Of a stretch of DNA of 39,074 bases, positions 17,134 to 25,799 are shown in pieces. Position numbers and translations under genes: made by a program. This stretch comes from Dehalococcoidia bacterium (GTDB lineage: Bacteria > Chloroflexota > Dehalococcoidia > GIF9 > AB-539-J10). Below the pieces are notes generated by a model. It saw only the letters and a list, made by a program, of their open reading frames with translations, did not search any database and was not told where the DNA came from. Within the stretch, counting starts at the first letter, position 1, and the number at the start of each line of letters is the position of its first letter. The stretch covers positions 1 through 39,074 of the forward strand of contig JALHUO010000041.1 in assembly GCA_022866545.1 (NCBI GenBank), read 5' to 3'.

Positions 17134-20100
17134 ATGAAAGTGAGCATCAGAAAAGTAATAGCCTTTGCGTTAGTCGGATTACTTATTGGTGGGGCTGTCG
17201 GCGTTCCGTTGGCAAACCAGAAGATTTGTAAAGGAAATTCTGGCGATAAACTCGCAACCGCCGGATTTATCCAATTTGGCGAGGCTTTTCCAGGCTCAAT
17301 TGATGATGTGGGTGAGGTGGATACCGATACTTTTTCTGCCGAGGCCAATGATACCGTTATCAGCAGGTTGGACACTACCTCATCAGGCTCGAATCCGCAG
17401 GTATCACACGTCGAGGTTACTCCATCGCTGACCAACATTCGAGTTGGCGAACCTGCACAGTTCACTGCCCAAGCCTACGACAACTCTGGCAACGAAATAG
17501 TAGACCTTTCATTTGACTGGAGTACTGATGTCGGATTTGTTGATGGTTCAGGGTATTTCCGTCCTGCCATCAGTTCGGGTACCACGGGTTCTAGTATTGC
17601 TGGGTATGTGAGGGCTTTCTACGGTTCGGTATACGGTGAAGCCAGAATTAACATCGTATCTATGCAAGATGCACGCCGAATATACGAGCAGCCCCACCTG
17701 GAGGATGCGATATCTAAGACAAGTGTATTCGCATCGGATGTATCTGGGTCTATATCCGGTCATGTATACCAAGATGACGGCGTTACACCTATCGCCGATA
17801 TACTGGTCGGGGCAGAAAGCTATTGTTCTAACGTCAATACCTACACACATACAGCTGAAGATGGAAGCTATTCTATTACAGTACCCGGCGGATGGTATTA
17901 CGTTGAGGCTAGATCAAATCCAACCTATATCGGTGAGTACTACACAGACGCCTATTCCCATAGCGCCGCAACCCCGATTCTTGTCACGGCTCCGTACGAT
18001 ACATCGGATATTGATTTTGTACTGGACGTAGGCGGAACAATATCGGGACATGTTTACCGGGAGGACGGTTTTACGCCAATCCCCAATATGTCAATTATCA
18101 TCGATGGAATCAACAGCCCCTTTTTTTGGGGTTATGCTAGAACTGAAGCCGATGGCAGCTATTCTGTGGCGTTACCTATAGGAAACTACAACGTATGGGC
18201 TTTCGGTAACTCTGAATACGCTGCTGAATTCTATGATAATGCGTATTATGAATATGAAGCCACGCCGGTTGCGGTGACGGTACCTGATGATACTCCTGGT
18301 ATCGACTTCATCCTTGAGAGAGGTGGAACTATATCAGGTTTTGTCTACGACGAGGATGGTATGCCACTACCTGGCGGGCATGTTTATACTGATTACCCTA
18401 TTAGCGGACATATCTCCAACTTTCGCGGTTTCAGAACAGCCGATAATGGCAGCTATACCATAACTGGCCTGCAACCAGGCAATTATGAGGTCCAAGCTGA
18501 GGCTACCGGTCACATCGACGAGTACTATGATAATGTGTACGAAAGTTCTGAAGCTACGCCGGTACAGGTGACCGCCCACAGCAATACTCCAGGCATCAAT
18601 TTCCATCTGGATTTCGGTGGATCGATATCAGGCACAGTAACCGATGACGGCGGCAGTCCTATAGTTGGGGCAATGATATATGCCAGTGACATTGACACAT
18701 ACTATGATGAATATTGCTGCACAGGCGACGATGGTAGCTACATAGTATCTGGTCTGCGCCCTGGCAGCTACCTAGTTAGTGCTGAGGCACCTGGGTATGT
18801 TCTAGAATACTATAGTAATGTGTATGAAAGCTCTGAAGCTACACCATTACTAGTGACTGTACCCGGTAATACTCCCAATATTAATTTCTCTCTGGAAATA
18901 GGCGGCTCGATATCAGGCGCAGTAAGTGATGACAGCGGCAATCCTATTGCTGGGGCATGGGTCAATGCGAATGGCTATGATTTCGGCTGGGGATATACTT
19001 CCACGCGAAACGATGGCAGCTATATTGTTTCGGGGCTACCTTCTGGTAACTATCGGGTGAGTGCGGAAGCCACTGGCTTCATCGAAGAATACTATGACAA
19101 CGTTTACGATTGGAGTGACGCTACCCCGGTTCCGGTGGTCAAACCCAATAACACCTCCAATATTGATTTCTCCCTGGAATTGGGAGGTTCTATTTCCGGG
19201 GTAGTGAAAGACGACAGTGGCGATCCTATCGCCGGGGCATGGGTATATGCCAGTGGCTATGATTCCGGCTGGGGATATGCTTCCACGCGAAACGATGGCA
19301 GCTATATTGTTTCGGGGCTACCTTCTGGTAACTATCGGGTGGGTGCGGAAGCCACTGGCTTCATTGAAGAATACTATGATAACGTTTACGATTGGAGTGA
19401 TGCTAGCCCTGTTCCGGTGATCAAACCCAATAACACCTCTAATATCGACTTTTCCCTTGGATCACTCGACTCCTGTGCTGACCTGGGTAACCCCGATGAT
19501 GAGGTGACTCATAACCTGGTGGGGTGGGGTGATGCACAGGTTCCTCCCGAAAACCCATACGTATCCCCGTCCGGGGACCGCACCAAACGCTGTATGCTTC
19601 TCCGTGGCGATAATTCTCTTGACCTTGGCGTGTCGGAGATTGGTGTGCCTTATCTGCTAGTCGCTGAAATCGAAGATGGATATTGCACCGACAACTTCGA
19701 GATATATGTTGATGGTCACGGTCCCCTTTACTCCTATACAGGGGCCAATGGCGGTGCGGGCAACATCGCCGTGGTACGTCACCGTGTTCTGGTACCTCAG
19801 GGATATATAATCGGGGCATCGGTCACCGTTACTTTCCGCAATACCGCCACCGATGAGTGCGGTCTGGCAGCGGTATATAACGTGAGATTACAGCGAGCCG
19901 CGCAGGATGACGCCAAATTTGTTGTCGATGTGACCATCCCCGATGGGACAGAGGTCGAGCCAAATAAGCAGTTTATTAAGACGTGGCGGCTGCGCAACGC
20001 GGGCGCAACGACCTGGACGACGGACTACAAACTTGTGTTTGAAGGTGGAGACCTGATGGGAGCACCACAGTATGTCAATCTCGATACGGCAGTGCCACCC

Positions 20101-23100
20101 AACGCAACCATCGACATATCGGTGCCGATGACTGCGCCGCTAAGCGGTGGAGCGAAGAAGGGCTACTGGAGAATGGAGAACGCAGCGGGACTGAGATTTG
20201 GCGACGTCGTCTGGGTTGAAGTATTCGTCACTTACGTCCCAAACCCTGAACTGCAGGAAGCTATTGACAACCTTTATGACACTACCATGGAACGTCTGGA
20301 GTGGCTCAAGAGAGACATGCAGACTACAGCGGGACACGGGGACTTCTTTCGCGGGCAGATAGATGTGGCCAAGGCAGGGATGGCCCTCACCCTTGCCTTG
20401 GGATTTCTGGGCACCTATTCCGGTGTGAAGGACACCATGAAGGACATTAGCATTGCGGAGATAAAATCAGGTTTGTACATAGCACGGCCCTCCATCGACA
20501 TCTCGTCGGCGAATAAATGGACATATCTAGCCTATCTGAGAAATCGGTATGATGTAGCCAAGTTTCTCTTCAATCTTCATTGGGAGAACTTCCTGGAAAC
20601 GGACCCGGCTTCCCTCAGCCGGGAGATACTAACCGGAGGAGCCAAGTTCTATGCCGCTGAATTTGCGAAAATGGCGGTCGAGCAAGTGCCTTCACTTGAG
20701 GCCGAGTACCTTTATAAGGAGATGGCCAAGATCCTAGGTGTCTTCTCGGGCGCGATGTATCCCGCTTTCTCATCTGTCATTGCTATGGCAGAGTTGGAGT
20801 TGACTGAAAGAAGAACGGAACTCATGGAATCTCTCCCCAGTCTGTCCGCTGAAGAGCAACTGGCATATGCGGCCGACCTGAATGCTAGGGCACGAGCCGC
20901 ACGCTGGCTGTATTTGACATCCACTCACGAGGTGTCAAACCTAGGTGCAATAAGGGGCTTCTATGAACAGGAGTGGTGGGAGCAGGTCGTGCTCGCTTTG
21001 CTCAAGATAACGGCCAAGGGTTTGTCGAATGCCCTCGACGGTCCCGGCAAGCTCTTCGTGGAGGGTTTCTTGACTGGCTTCGAATTATACCAGCATAAAT
21101 TCAAGTTGGACGAATCCCAGCGAATGGTTACACTTGCGGAAAGCTTGATGACCGGGGGCGTAGATACAGGGATACAGTTGCTACTGAATGCAGCCGGTGT
21201 CATCAATCGTGTGGGAGACGCCATCCCTCCCCAGCCCATCACTGGACAAATCGAAGGCATCTCCCAATATAGTGCCGGGCATACCCCGTGGTGGAATCCC
21301 TGGGGTTGGGATGAGACAGATTCCTATAGCATTATTCGTGTAACCAACAACAGTACAGAGCCGGCTGATTTTCGAGTCGTCGCCACGTATCTTGCCGACT
21401 ATGAGGCCATATTTGGGATTGGGACTCTACTTGCGGATGCGGCAGAGGAAGTAGTGAGGGATGTAGCTCCTGGCGCAACTGTCGAGGTGCGCCTCAAGTA
21501 CAAAGACGCTTCTTCGGGTGACTCCCCGTCCAAGGACTTGCCCATGCAGATCTGGGTATTTGGGATTAATCCCAGTGGCACTTTCGGGATTGATGCGGAG
21601 TCAACCGTCTGGGACCCCCAGCTAGTTGCACAGGCGGCCAGTCAGGGTCTATCCGCCTTATCGATCGCCCAAGGTGGCGAAGAGATTCAGATTACTGACA
21701 ATCCGGTTTATGTCTTCATCAGTGCATTACCCGAAGACTTAACCTACGAAGTTCAAACCTGGGTCGTCAATCCGGTTGCGGCTAATGTGACAGCTACCAT
21801 AGTGCAGGATCTCTCCGAGGATTGGGAGGTACTTTCTGCCCCGGGTGCATCCACCAACTCCTCGCAGCTGGTCTGGGAACTGGAACTGGAAGCAGGTGGC
21901 TTAGCCCAGGTCTCTTTCACATTTGCCTATCATGGTGACCTGTCACTGGACATAGTTGTGCCGAGCCCGATTATCGCCCTTGCGACTCCGGAGGGCGAGC
22001 CGTTAGGTGAGCTGATTGGGAACAGCCCCTCGTTAGAGCCCATTCTGCCTATAACTGGTTCCGTGTCCATGCCGGTTGAGGTGATGCCGGACGACCAGGC
22101 GACAGTTTCAGTGGATCTGCGGAACCTATCCCTGGAGACCGCTGGTGGTAACGTAACTATCAGGGTAACCGACCCGAGCGGCAGGTCCGCATATAATGGG
22201 ACCCAGGCATTCTCATTGGCTCCTTCCGCCAATGAGACGCTTGAATATCTATTACCCGCCTTTTCAGAGAAGGGTCTTTACCAAGTTTTGACGGAGATGT
22301 CGCACGGTGGGGCGACGCGGGTGATGTGGCGAGATGTATTGCGGGTCGGCGTTATAGCACTGGATGTCAGTCTCAATGCCACACCTGCGGATAGGGTGTA
22401 TCCGGGGGATACCATTATCTACACTGTGAGTTTGAACAATACTTCAAACTCTACTCTCCGCAACGTCACCGCACAGGCAACAGTCCCTGCCGGCACAGTG
22501 GCTCATAACATAAGTGACAATGGCCAGTTCGAGGAGTCAATGGTGAAATGGCAGCTTCCTGTCCCCCTGCCATCTGGACAGACGATTGAGCTCTCGTTTC
22601 AGGCTACGGTCATGCCAGACGCCATTGGACCGGATGAGGCACGCCCGATCATAAGCTCGGCGACGGCTGTCAGCGACGAGGCGTTTTCCGCCGGCAGTAA
22701 TGCTGCAAGAATACTGCTTGTAGGGAGACCGGCGCCAATCATGGGCACAATATCTGGTGATGTGGACCTGTATGGGCAGATGGAGAGGAGTGGTGTATTG
22801 GTTACGGTGAACGCAACCTATATCACCACCACTGTGTCGGATGGCAGCTTCGCTATCGATGTCCCGGGCGGCACTCACAATGTCACCTTCGCCTATCCGG
22901 GGTTTCATACGGTTGCTTATGACAATGTAACGGTTATTGCTGGAGAGGGGATTTCTCTTCCCCCCGTGTTGCTTACGCCTATCGAAACAGTCGAAATACA
23001 GCTATCGCTGAAAGCCGGCTGGAACATGGTCTCTGTACCCCTAGCATTAGCAGACGATTCGATCAGCGAAGTGTTCCCGGGGGTGGCTGGTATTTTCACC

Positions 23101-23430
23101 TGGAATGCTACCAGCAGGAGTTACTATGTACCCATGGTAATTGAGCCCGAGAAGGGCTACTGGGTAGCAGTGACCGAGAATACTACAATCACCATAAACG
23201 GGACTCCGGTAGACACCTGGACAACAGATATCAAGGCAGGCTGGAATATGATAGGTTCAGTGACAACAAACTCCAGCATCGCTGACCCCAACGATGACCC
23301 TGACGGCAGCGTAATATCCACTGCCTATTGGTGGGATCCGGTGAGCAAATCATACATCTTGACAACAGATATAGAGCCGGGGAAAGGCTATTGGGTAGCA
23401 TCACAAAATGATTGCACGTTGATACTGTGA
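17134..23430 (+). CDS. Secreted giant protein (~2,098 aa). Big_2, six tandem CarboxypepD_reg-like repeats, Nbr1-FW (N_BRCA1_IG) domain, ~330-aa alpha-helical insert, CARDB/DUF11-like sandwiches, one more CarboxypepD_reg-like unit, shared C-terminal module
   Basis: AAGAAAGAGG ends 8 nt before ATG 17134 (the ORF track starts at GTG 17125). The signal-like N-terminus is MKVSIRKVIAFALVGLLIGGAVGVPLA. The Big_2 unit reads VSHVEVTPSLTNIRVGEPAQFTAQAYD. Repeats follow the pattern GSISG.V.DD.G.PI..A.V...DGSY.V.GL..G.Y.V.AEA.G...EYY.NVY. The FW domain has four Trp residues (KTW, TTW, GYW, VVW). Confidence 0.92.
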   Translation: MKVSIRKVIAFALVGLLIGGAVGVPLANQKICKGNSGDKLATAGFIQFGEAFPGSIDDVGEVDTDTFSAEANDTVISRLDTTSSGSNPQVSHVEVTPSLTNIRVGEPAQFTAQAYDNSGNEIVDLSFDWSTDVGFVDGSGYFRPAISSGTTGSSIAGYVRAFYGSVYGEARINIVSMQDARRIYEQPHLEDAISKTSVFASDVSGSISGHVYQDDGVTPIADILVGAESYCSNVNTYTHTAEDGSYSITVPGGWYYVEARSNPTYIGEYYTDAYSHSAATPILVTAPYDTSDIDFVLDVGGTISGHVYREDGFTPIPNMSIIIDGINSPFFWGYARTEADGSYSVALPIGNYNVWAFGNSEYAAEFYDNAYYEYEATPVAVTVPDDTPGIDFILERGGTISGFVYDEDGMPLPGGHVYTDYPISGHISNFRGFRTADNGSYTITGLQPGNYEVQAEATGHIDEYYDNVYESSEATPVQVTAHSNTPGINFHLDFGGSISGTVTDDGGSPIVGAMIYASDIDTYYDEYCCTGDDGSYIVSGLRPGSYLVSAEAPGYVLEYYSNVYESSEATPLLVTVPGNTPNINFSLEIGGSISGAVSDDSGNPIAGAWVNANGYDFGWGYTSTRNDGSYIVSGLPSGNYRVSAEATGFIEEYYDNVYDWSDATPVPVVKPNNTSNIDFSLELGGSISGVVKDDSGDPIAGAWVYASGYDSGWGYASTRNDGSYIVSGLPSGNYRVGAEATGFIEEYYDNVYDWSDASPVPVIKPNNTSNIDFSLGSLDSCADLGNPDDEVTHNLVGWGDAQVPPENPYVSPSGDRTKRCMLLRGDNSLDLGVSEIGVPYLLVAEIEDGYCTDNFEIYVDGHGPLYSYTGANGGAGNIAVVRHRVLVPQGYIIGASVTVTFRNTATDECGLAAVYNVRLQRAAQDDAKFVVDVTIPDGTEVEPNKQFIKTWRLRNAGATTWTTDYKLVFEGGDLMGAPQYVNLDTAVPPNATIDISVPMTAPLSGGAKKGYWRMENAAGLRFGDVVWVEVFVTYVPNPELQEAIDNLYDTTMERLEWLKRDMQTTAGHGDFFRGQIDVAKAGMALTLALGFLGTYSGVKDTMKDISIAEIKSGLYIARPSIDISSANKWTYLAYLRNRYDVAKFLFNLHWENFLETDPASLSREILTGGAKFYAAEFAKMAVEQVPSLEAEYLYKEMAKILGVFSGAMYPAFSSVIAMAELELTERRTELMESLPSLSAEEQLAYAADLNARARAARWLYLTSTHEVSNLGAIRGFYEQEWWEQVVLALLKITAKGLSNALDGPGKLFVEGFLTGFELYQHKFKLDESQRMVTLAESLMTGGVDTGIQLLLNAAGVINRVGDAIPPQPITGQIEGISQYSAGHTPWWNPWGWDETDSYSIIRVTNNSTEPADFRVVATYLADYEAIFGIGTLLADAAEEVVRDVAPGATVEVRLKYKDASSGDSPSKDLPMQIWVFGINPSGTFGIDAESTVWDPQLVAQAASQGLSALSIAQGGEEIQITDNPVYVFISALPEDLTYEVQTWVVNPVAANVTATIVQDLSEDWEVLSAPGASTNSSQLVWELELEAGGLAQVSFTFAYHGDLSLDIVVPSPIIALATPEGEPLGELIGNSPSLEPILPITGSVSMPVEVMPDDQATVSVDLRNLSLETAGGNVTIRVTDPSGRSAYNGTQAFSLAPSANETLEYLLPAFSEKGLYQVLTEMSHGGATRVMWRDVLRVGVIALDVSLNATPADRVYPGDTIIYTVSLNNTSNSTLRNVTAQATVPAGTVAHNISDNGQFEESMVKWQLPVPLPSGQTIELSFQATVMPDAIGPDEARPIISSATAVSDEAFSAGSNAARILLVGRPAPIMGTISGDVDLYGQMERSGVLVTVNATYITTTVSDGSFAIDVPGGTHNVTFAYPGFHTVAYDNVTVIAGEGISLPPVLLTPIETVEIQLSLKAGWNMVSVPLALADDSISEVFPGVAGIFTWNATSRSYYVPMVIEPEKGYWVAVTENTTITINGTPVDTWTTDIKAGWNMIGSVTTNSSIADPNDDPDGSVISTAYWWDPVSKSYILTTDIEPGKGYWVASQNDCTLIL
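17746..19458 (+). repeat. Six in-frame tandem ~94-97-aa CarboxypepD_reg-like repeats; the last two (18901-19182 and 19183-19458) are near-identical
   Basis: Repeat starts read GSISGHVYQDDG, GTISGHVYREDG, GTISGFVYDEDG, GSISGTVTDDGG, GSISGAVSDDSG and GSISGVVKDDSG. Repeats 5 and 6 are offset by exactly 282 nt and differ at only a few positions. Confidence 0.9.
22996..23430 (+). repeat. Shared C-terminal module, copy 4 (IQLSLKAGWNMVSVP...KGYWVASQNDCTLIL)
   Basis: This is a dispersed direct repeat. Over the central part it is closest to copy 1. Confidence 0.95.
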
Positions 23431-23527
23431 ATGAAGTAAGATTTCTATCTAAACGTTGAGTGACTGTGGACAGACAGGGGCTTGCGCTGGCCTGCGGGCC
23501 AGAAGACATGAAGTAAAGAGGTCATAG

Positions 23528-25075
23528 ATGGGCAGATTCGTGTATTTTGTGTTAGCAGTAACCGTTATCGCACTACTGGGAAGCGTTGCAGGTCCGGAAG
23601 CAGTGGGAGCTATGCCTGGTTCGGAATGGTCGGTGTCGATGGTGGCAGACGCAGGGGTGGAAGGCAGCAATGCTGATCTTGAGTTCGGGATGGACCTTGA
23701 TGGCTCAGACGGATACGATTCCAGCATCGATTTGCTGAGTCCGCCTCCGGGGCCGGGTGCCCTGTTTGAAGCCTACTTTTCTATCGTTCACACTCTGTTT
23801 CCCAGATTGATCAAAGACTTCCGCGGACAACTACCCAACCAATGGACCCTGAAGACAAGGTCGACTGACGAAGATATCGAGCTGTCGTGGGACACTGTGG
23901 ATGTGCCGCAGGGGGTGGCTCTCACGTTGATCAGCGGAGAAGCACAGATTGACATGAAGGCTATGAACAACATGACTCTGCCGGCCGGGACTCATACCAT
24001 AACAATCGTAGCTGAGCAGGTTGAGGTAAGTCAGCACAAGCTCACCATCTCCAGCACAAGTGGAGGGTCGGTAACCGCACCCGGCGAGGGGATTTTTTCG
24101 TATGACGAGGGAGCAGTAGTCAGTCTCGTTGCCGAGGCTGAGGAGGGCTATCGGTTCGTAAAGTGGAGTGGTGACTTGGATACCATTGCCAATGTCAACG
24201 CTGCCTCAACAACCATCACCGTGAACGGCAACTACTCTATCGATGCGAATTTTGAGCGGATACCGCCAGGGCAATTCAGCCTCACGATCTCCAGCACTGC
24301 TGGCGGCTCAGTCACGATCCCTGGCGAAGCAACCTTCACCTATAATACGGGCAGGGTGGTTAACCTAGTGGCCATGCCGGATGTCGGCTATCGCTTTGTC
24401 AAGTGGACCGGTGATGCGGATACAATTGCAGATGTCAGCGCAGCGTCAACTGCGATTACCATGCAGGGCAGCTACACGATCACGGCCGACTTTGCCGCGA
24501 CAGCTGTTGAATACAGCCTGACTATCTCAAGCACTGCCGGAGGTTTGGTAACCGCACCCGGTGAGGGCACTTTCGCGTATGATGGAGGAACAGTAGTGAA
24601 CCTTGTTGCCGACGCTGAGGAAGGCTACCGGTTTGTTAGCTGGGCTGGTGATGTGGATACCGTTTCCGATGTCAACTCTGCGTCAACTACTATTGGTATG
24701 CAGGGCGACTACGCCGTGACAGCTGGTTTTGCTGCAGCACTGGTTCAGTACAACCTGACCATATCCGGCACGCCTGGAGGTTCTGTAATGGTACCCGGCG
24801 ACGGCACTTTCGCCTATGAGGGGGGAACAGTAGTCAATCTTGTCGCCCAGGCCCAGGAGAATTACCGGTTTGTCAGGTGGACCGGTGATGTGGACACCGT
24901 TTCCAATGTCAACGCTGCATCAACTACCATCACCATGCAGGGCAAGTATACCGTCACGGCTGACTTTGACGGAGTTGTGTCATCAATCAACCGGCCGCTA
25001 GTTGGTGGAGTCATAGCACTGGTAGCGGCGGTGGGGCTGGGGGTTTTCTTTTTCCGGAGAGGGAGAGCTGCCTAG
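23528..25075 (+). CDS. Membrane-anchored surface protein (515 aa). Signal peptide, MVADAGVEG module, four tandem divergent InlB-B-repeat-like units, C-terminal TM helix with Arg-rich tail
   Basis: AAAGAGG lies 6 nt before ATG 23528. The N-terminus is MGRFVYFVLAVTVIALLGSVAGPEAVGA. Four ~80-aa repeats follow the pattern LTISST.GGSVT.PGEG.F.Y..G.VV.LVA.A.EGYRFV.W.GD.DT. The C-terminus is NRPLVGGVIALVAAVGLGVFFFRRGRAA. Confidence 0.9.
   Translation: MGRFVYFVLAVTVIALLGSVAGPEAVGAMPGSEWSVSMVADAGVEGSNADLEFGMDLDGSDGYDSSIDLLSPPPGPGALFEAYFSIVHTLFPRLIKDFRGQLPNQWTLKTRSTDEDIELSWDTVDVPQGVALTLISGEAQIDMKAMNNMTLPAGTHTITIVAEQVEVSQHKLTISSTSGGSVTAPGEGIFSYDEGAVVSLVAEAEEGYRFVKWSGDLDTIANVNAASTTITVNGNYSIDANFERIPPGQFSLTISSTAGGSVTIPGEATFTYNTGRVVNLVAMPDVGYRFVKWTGDADTIADVSAASTAITMQGSYTITADFAATAVEYSLTISSTAGGLVTAPGEGTFAYDGGTVVNLVADAEEGYRFVSWAGDVDTVSDVNSASTTIGMQGDYAVTAGFAAALVQYNLTISGTPGGSVMVPGDGTFAYEGGTVVNLVAQAQENYRFVRWTGDVDTVSNVNAASTTITMQGKYTVTADFDGVVSSINRPLVGGVIALVAAVGLGVFFFRRGRAA
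23627..24030 (+). repeat. Second copy of the MVADAGVEG module, at the N-terminus of the mature 515-aa protein
   Basis: See 11878-12283. Confidence 0.85.
24035..24975 (+). repeat. Four in-frame tandem ~79-80-aa InlB-B-repeat-like units
   Basis: Unit starts lie at about 24035, 24270, 24510 and 24747 (KLTISSTSGG, FSLTISSTAGG, YSLTISSTAGG, YNLTISGTPGG). Confidence 0.85.
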
Positions 25076-25799
25076 CGCAAGGGAAGTTAGAGTGAGCTTC
25101 CAGTTCTTCGCTCCCGAGTGAGATCCTATCGAAGTCGGTATGCTTCTTGTGCACTGATTTCTACTAGTCAGCGCAGCACAGTGACTCTGCCTTCCACCGG
25201 GCGTAGATTCATTCTGCCACCTCCGGCATAACAAGATAGAGGAATGTCAATCATTCAATAGAGGCTCAACCCACTCAAATACCCAAGCAAGTCGGAGACA
25301 GCTATATCTATCTTGATAGAAAGGGTATATGTATGGCGCTCAAATGCTGTAACCGCAGCGATTACTGATTTTCAGGTGCAGACATTGGAATGTGTTCCGA
25401 GCCTCGCGCCACGTCTGGTACACAAGTCAGCGGCAGTCTTTGGTTTGGCTCGGCAATCGGGAGATAGCCTTGGCGTGTCTATCGGTTCCCGCCCACAATT
25501 CGTGCATGACATGATTTGCTGGTACTGTTGACACTACTTCACGCCTCCTGGCTCCAGTTCACAGATTGACCTGTCACAGGCGGTCCAGTGTTAGTCATGG
25601 CCAAATATCAGGATTTCTGGGCACACCTGGATTAGTCCCCTTGTAGTATTCTGTGATATCCTGGCTCTATCCCATACTATGTCTTGTATACCGTTGCCTA
25701 TTGATCGGACAATACCGAGATGCTGGTTTGAACTTGAAATCTAAAGTCTCACCTACGGCTGGCTGGAACTGAAGCCTTCGCCTTGCACGCAGGCAGTTT

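Noticed and set aside
8126-19458. The periodic repeats might be a CRISPR array or non-coding satellite.
   Set aside because: All repeats are long (282 nt to 1.7 kb), in-frame and translate into recognisable protein domains. There is no short repeat/spacer periodicity and there are no cas genes.
7568-23430. The four near-identical 3' repeats might be variable or template repeats of a diversity-generating retroelement.
   Set aside because: Differences between copies are not restricted to adenine positions; many are synonymous C/T and G/A third-position changes. All copies are in-frame gene ends, and no reverse transcriptase gene is present in the window.
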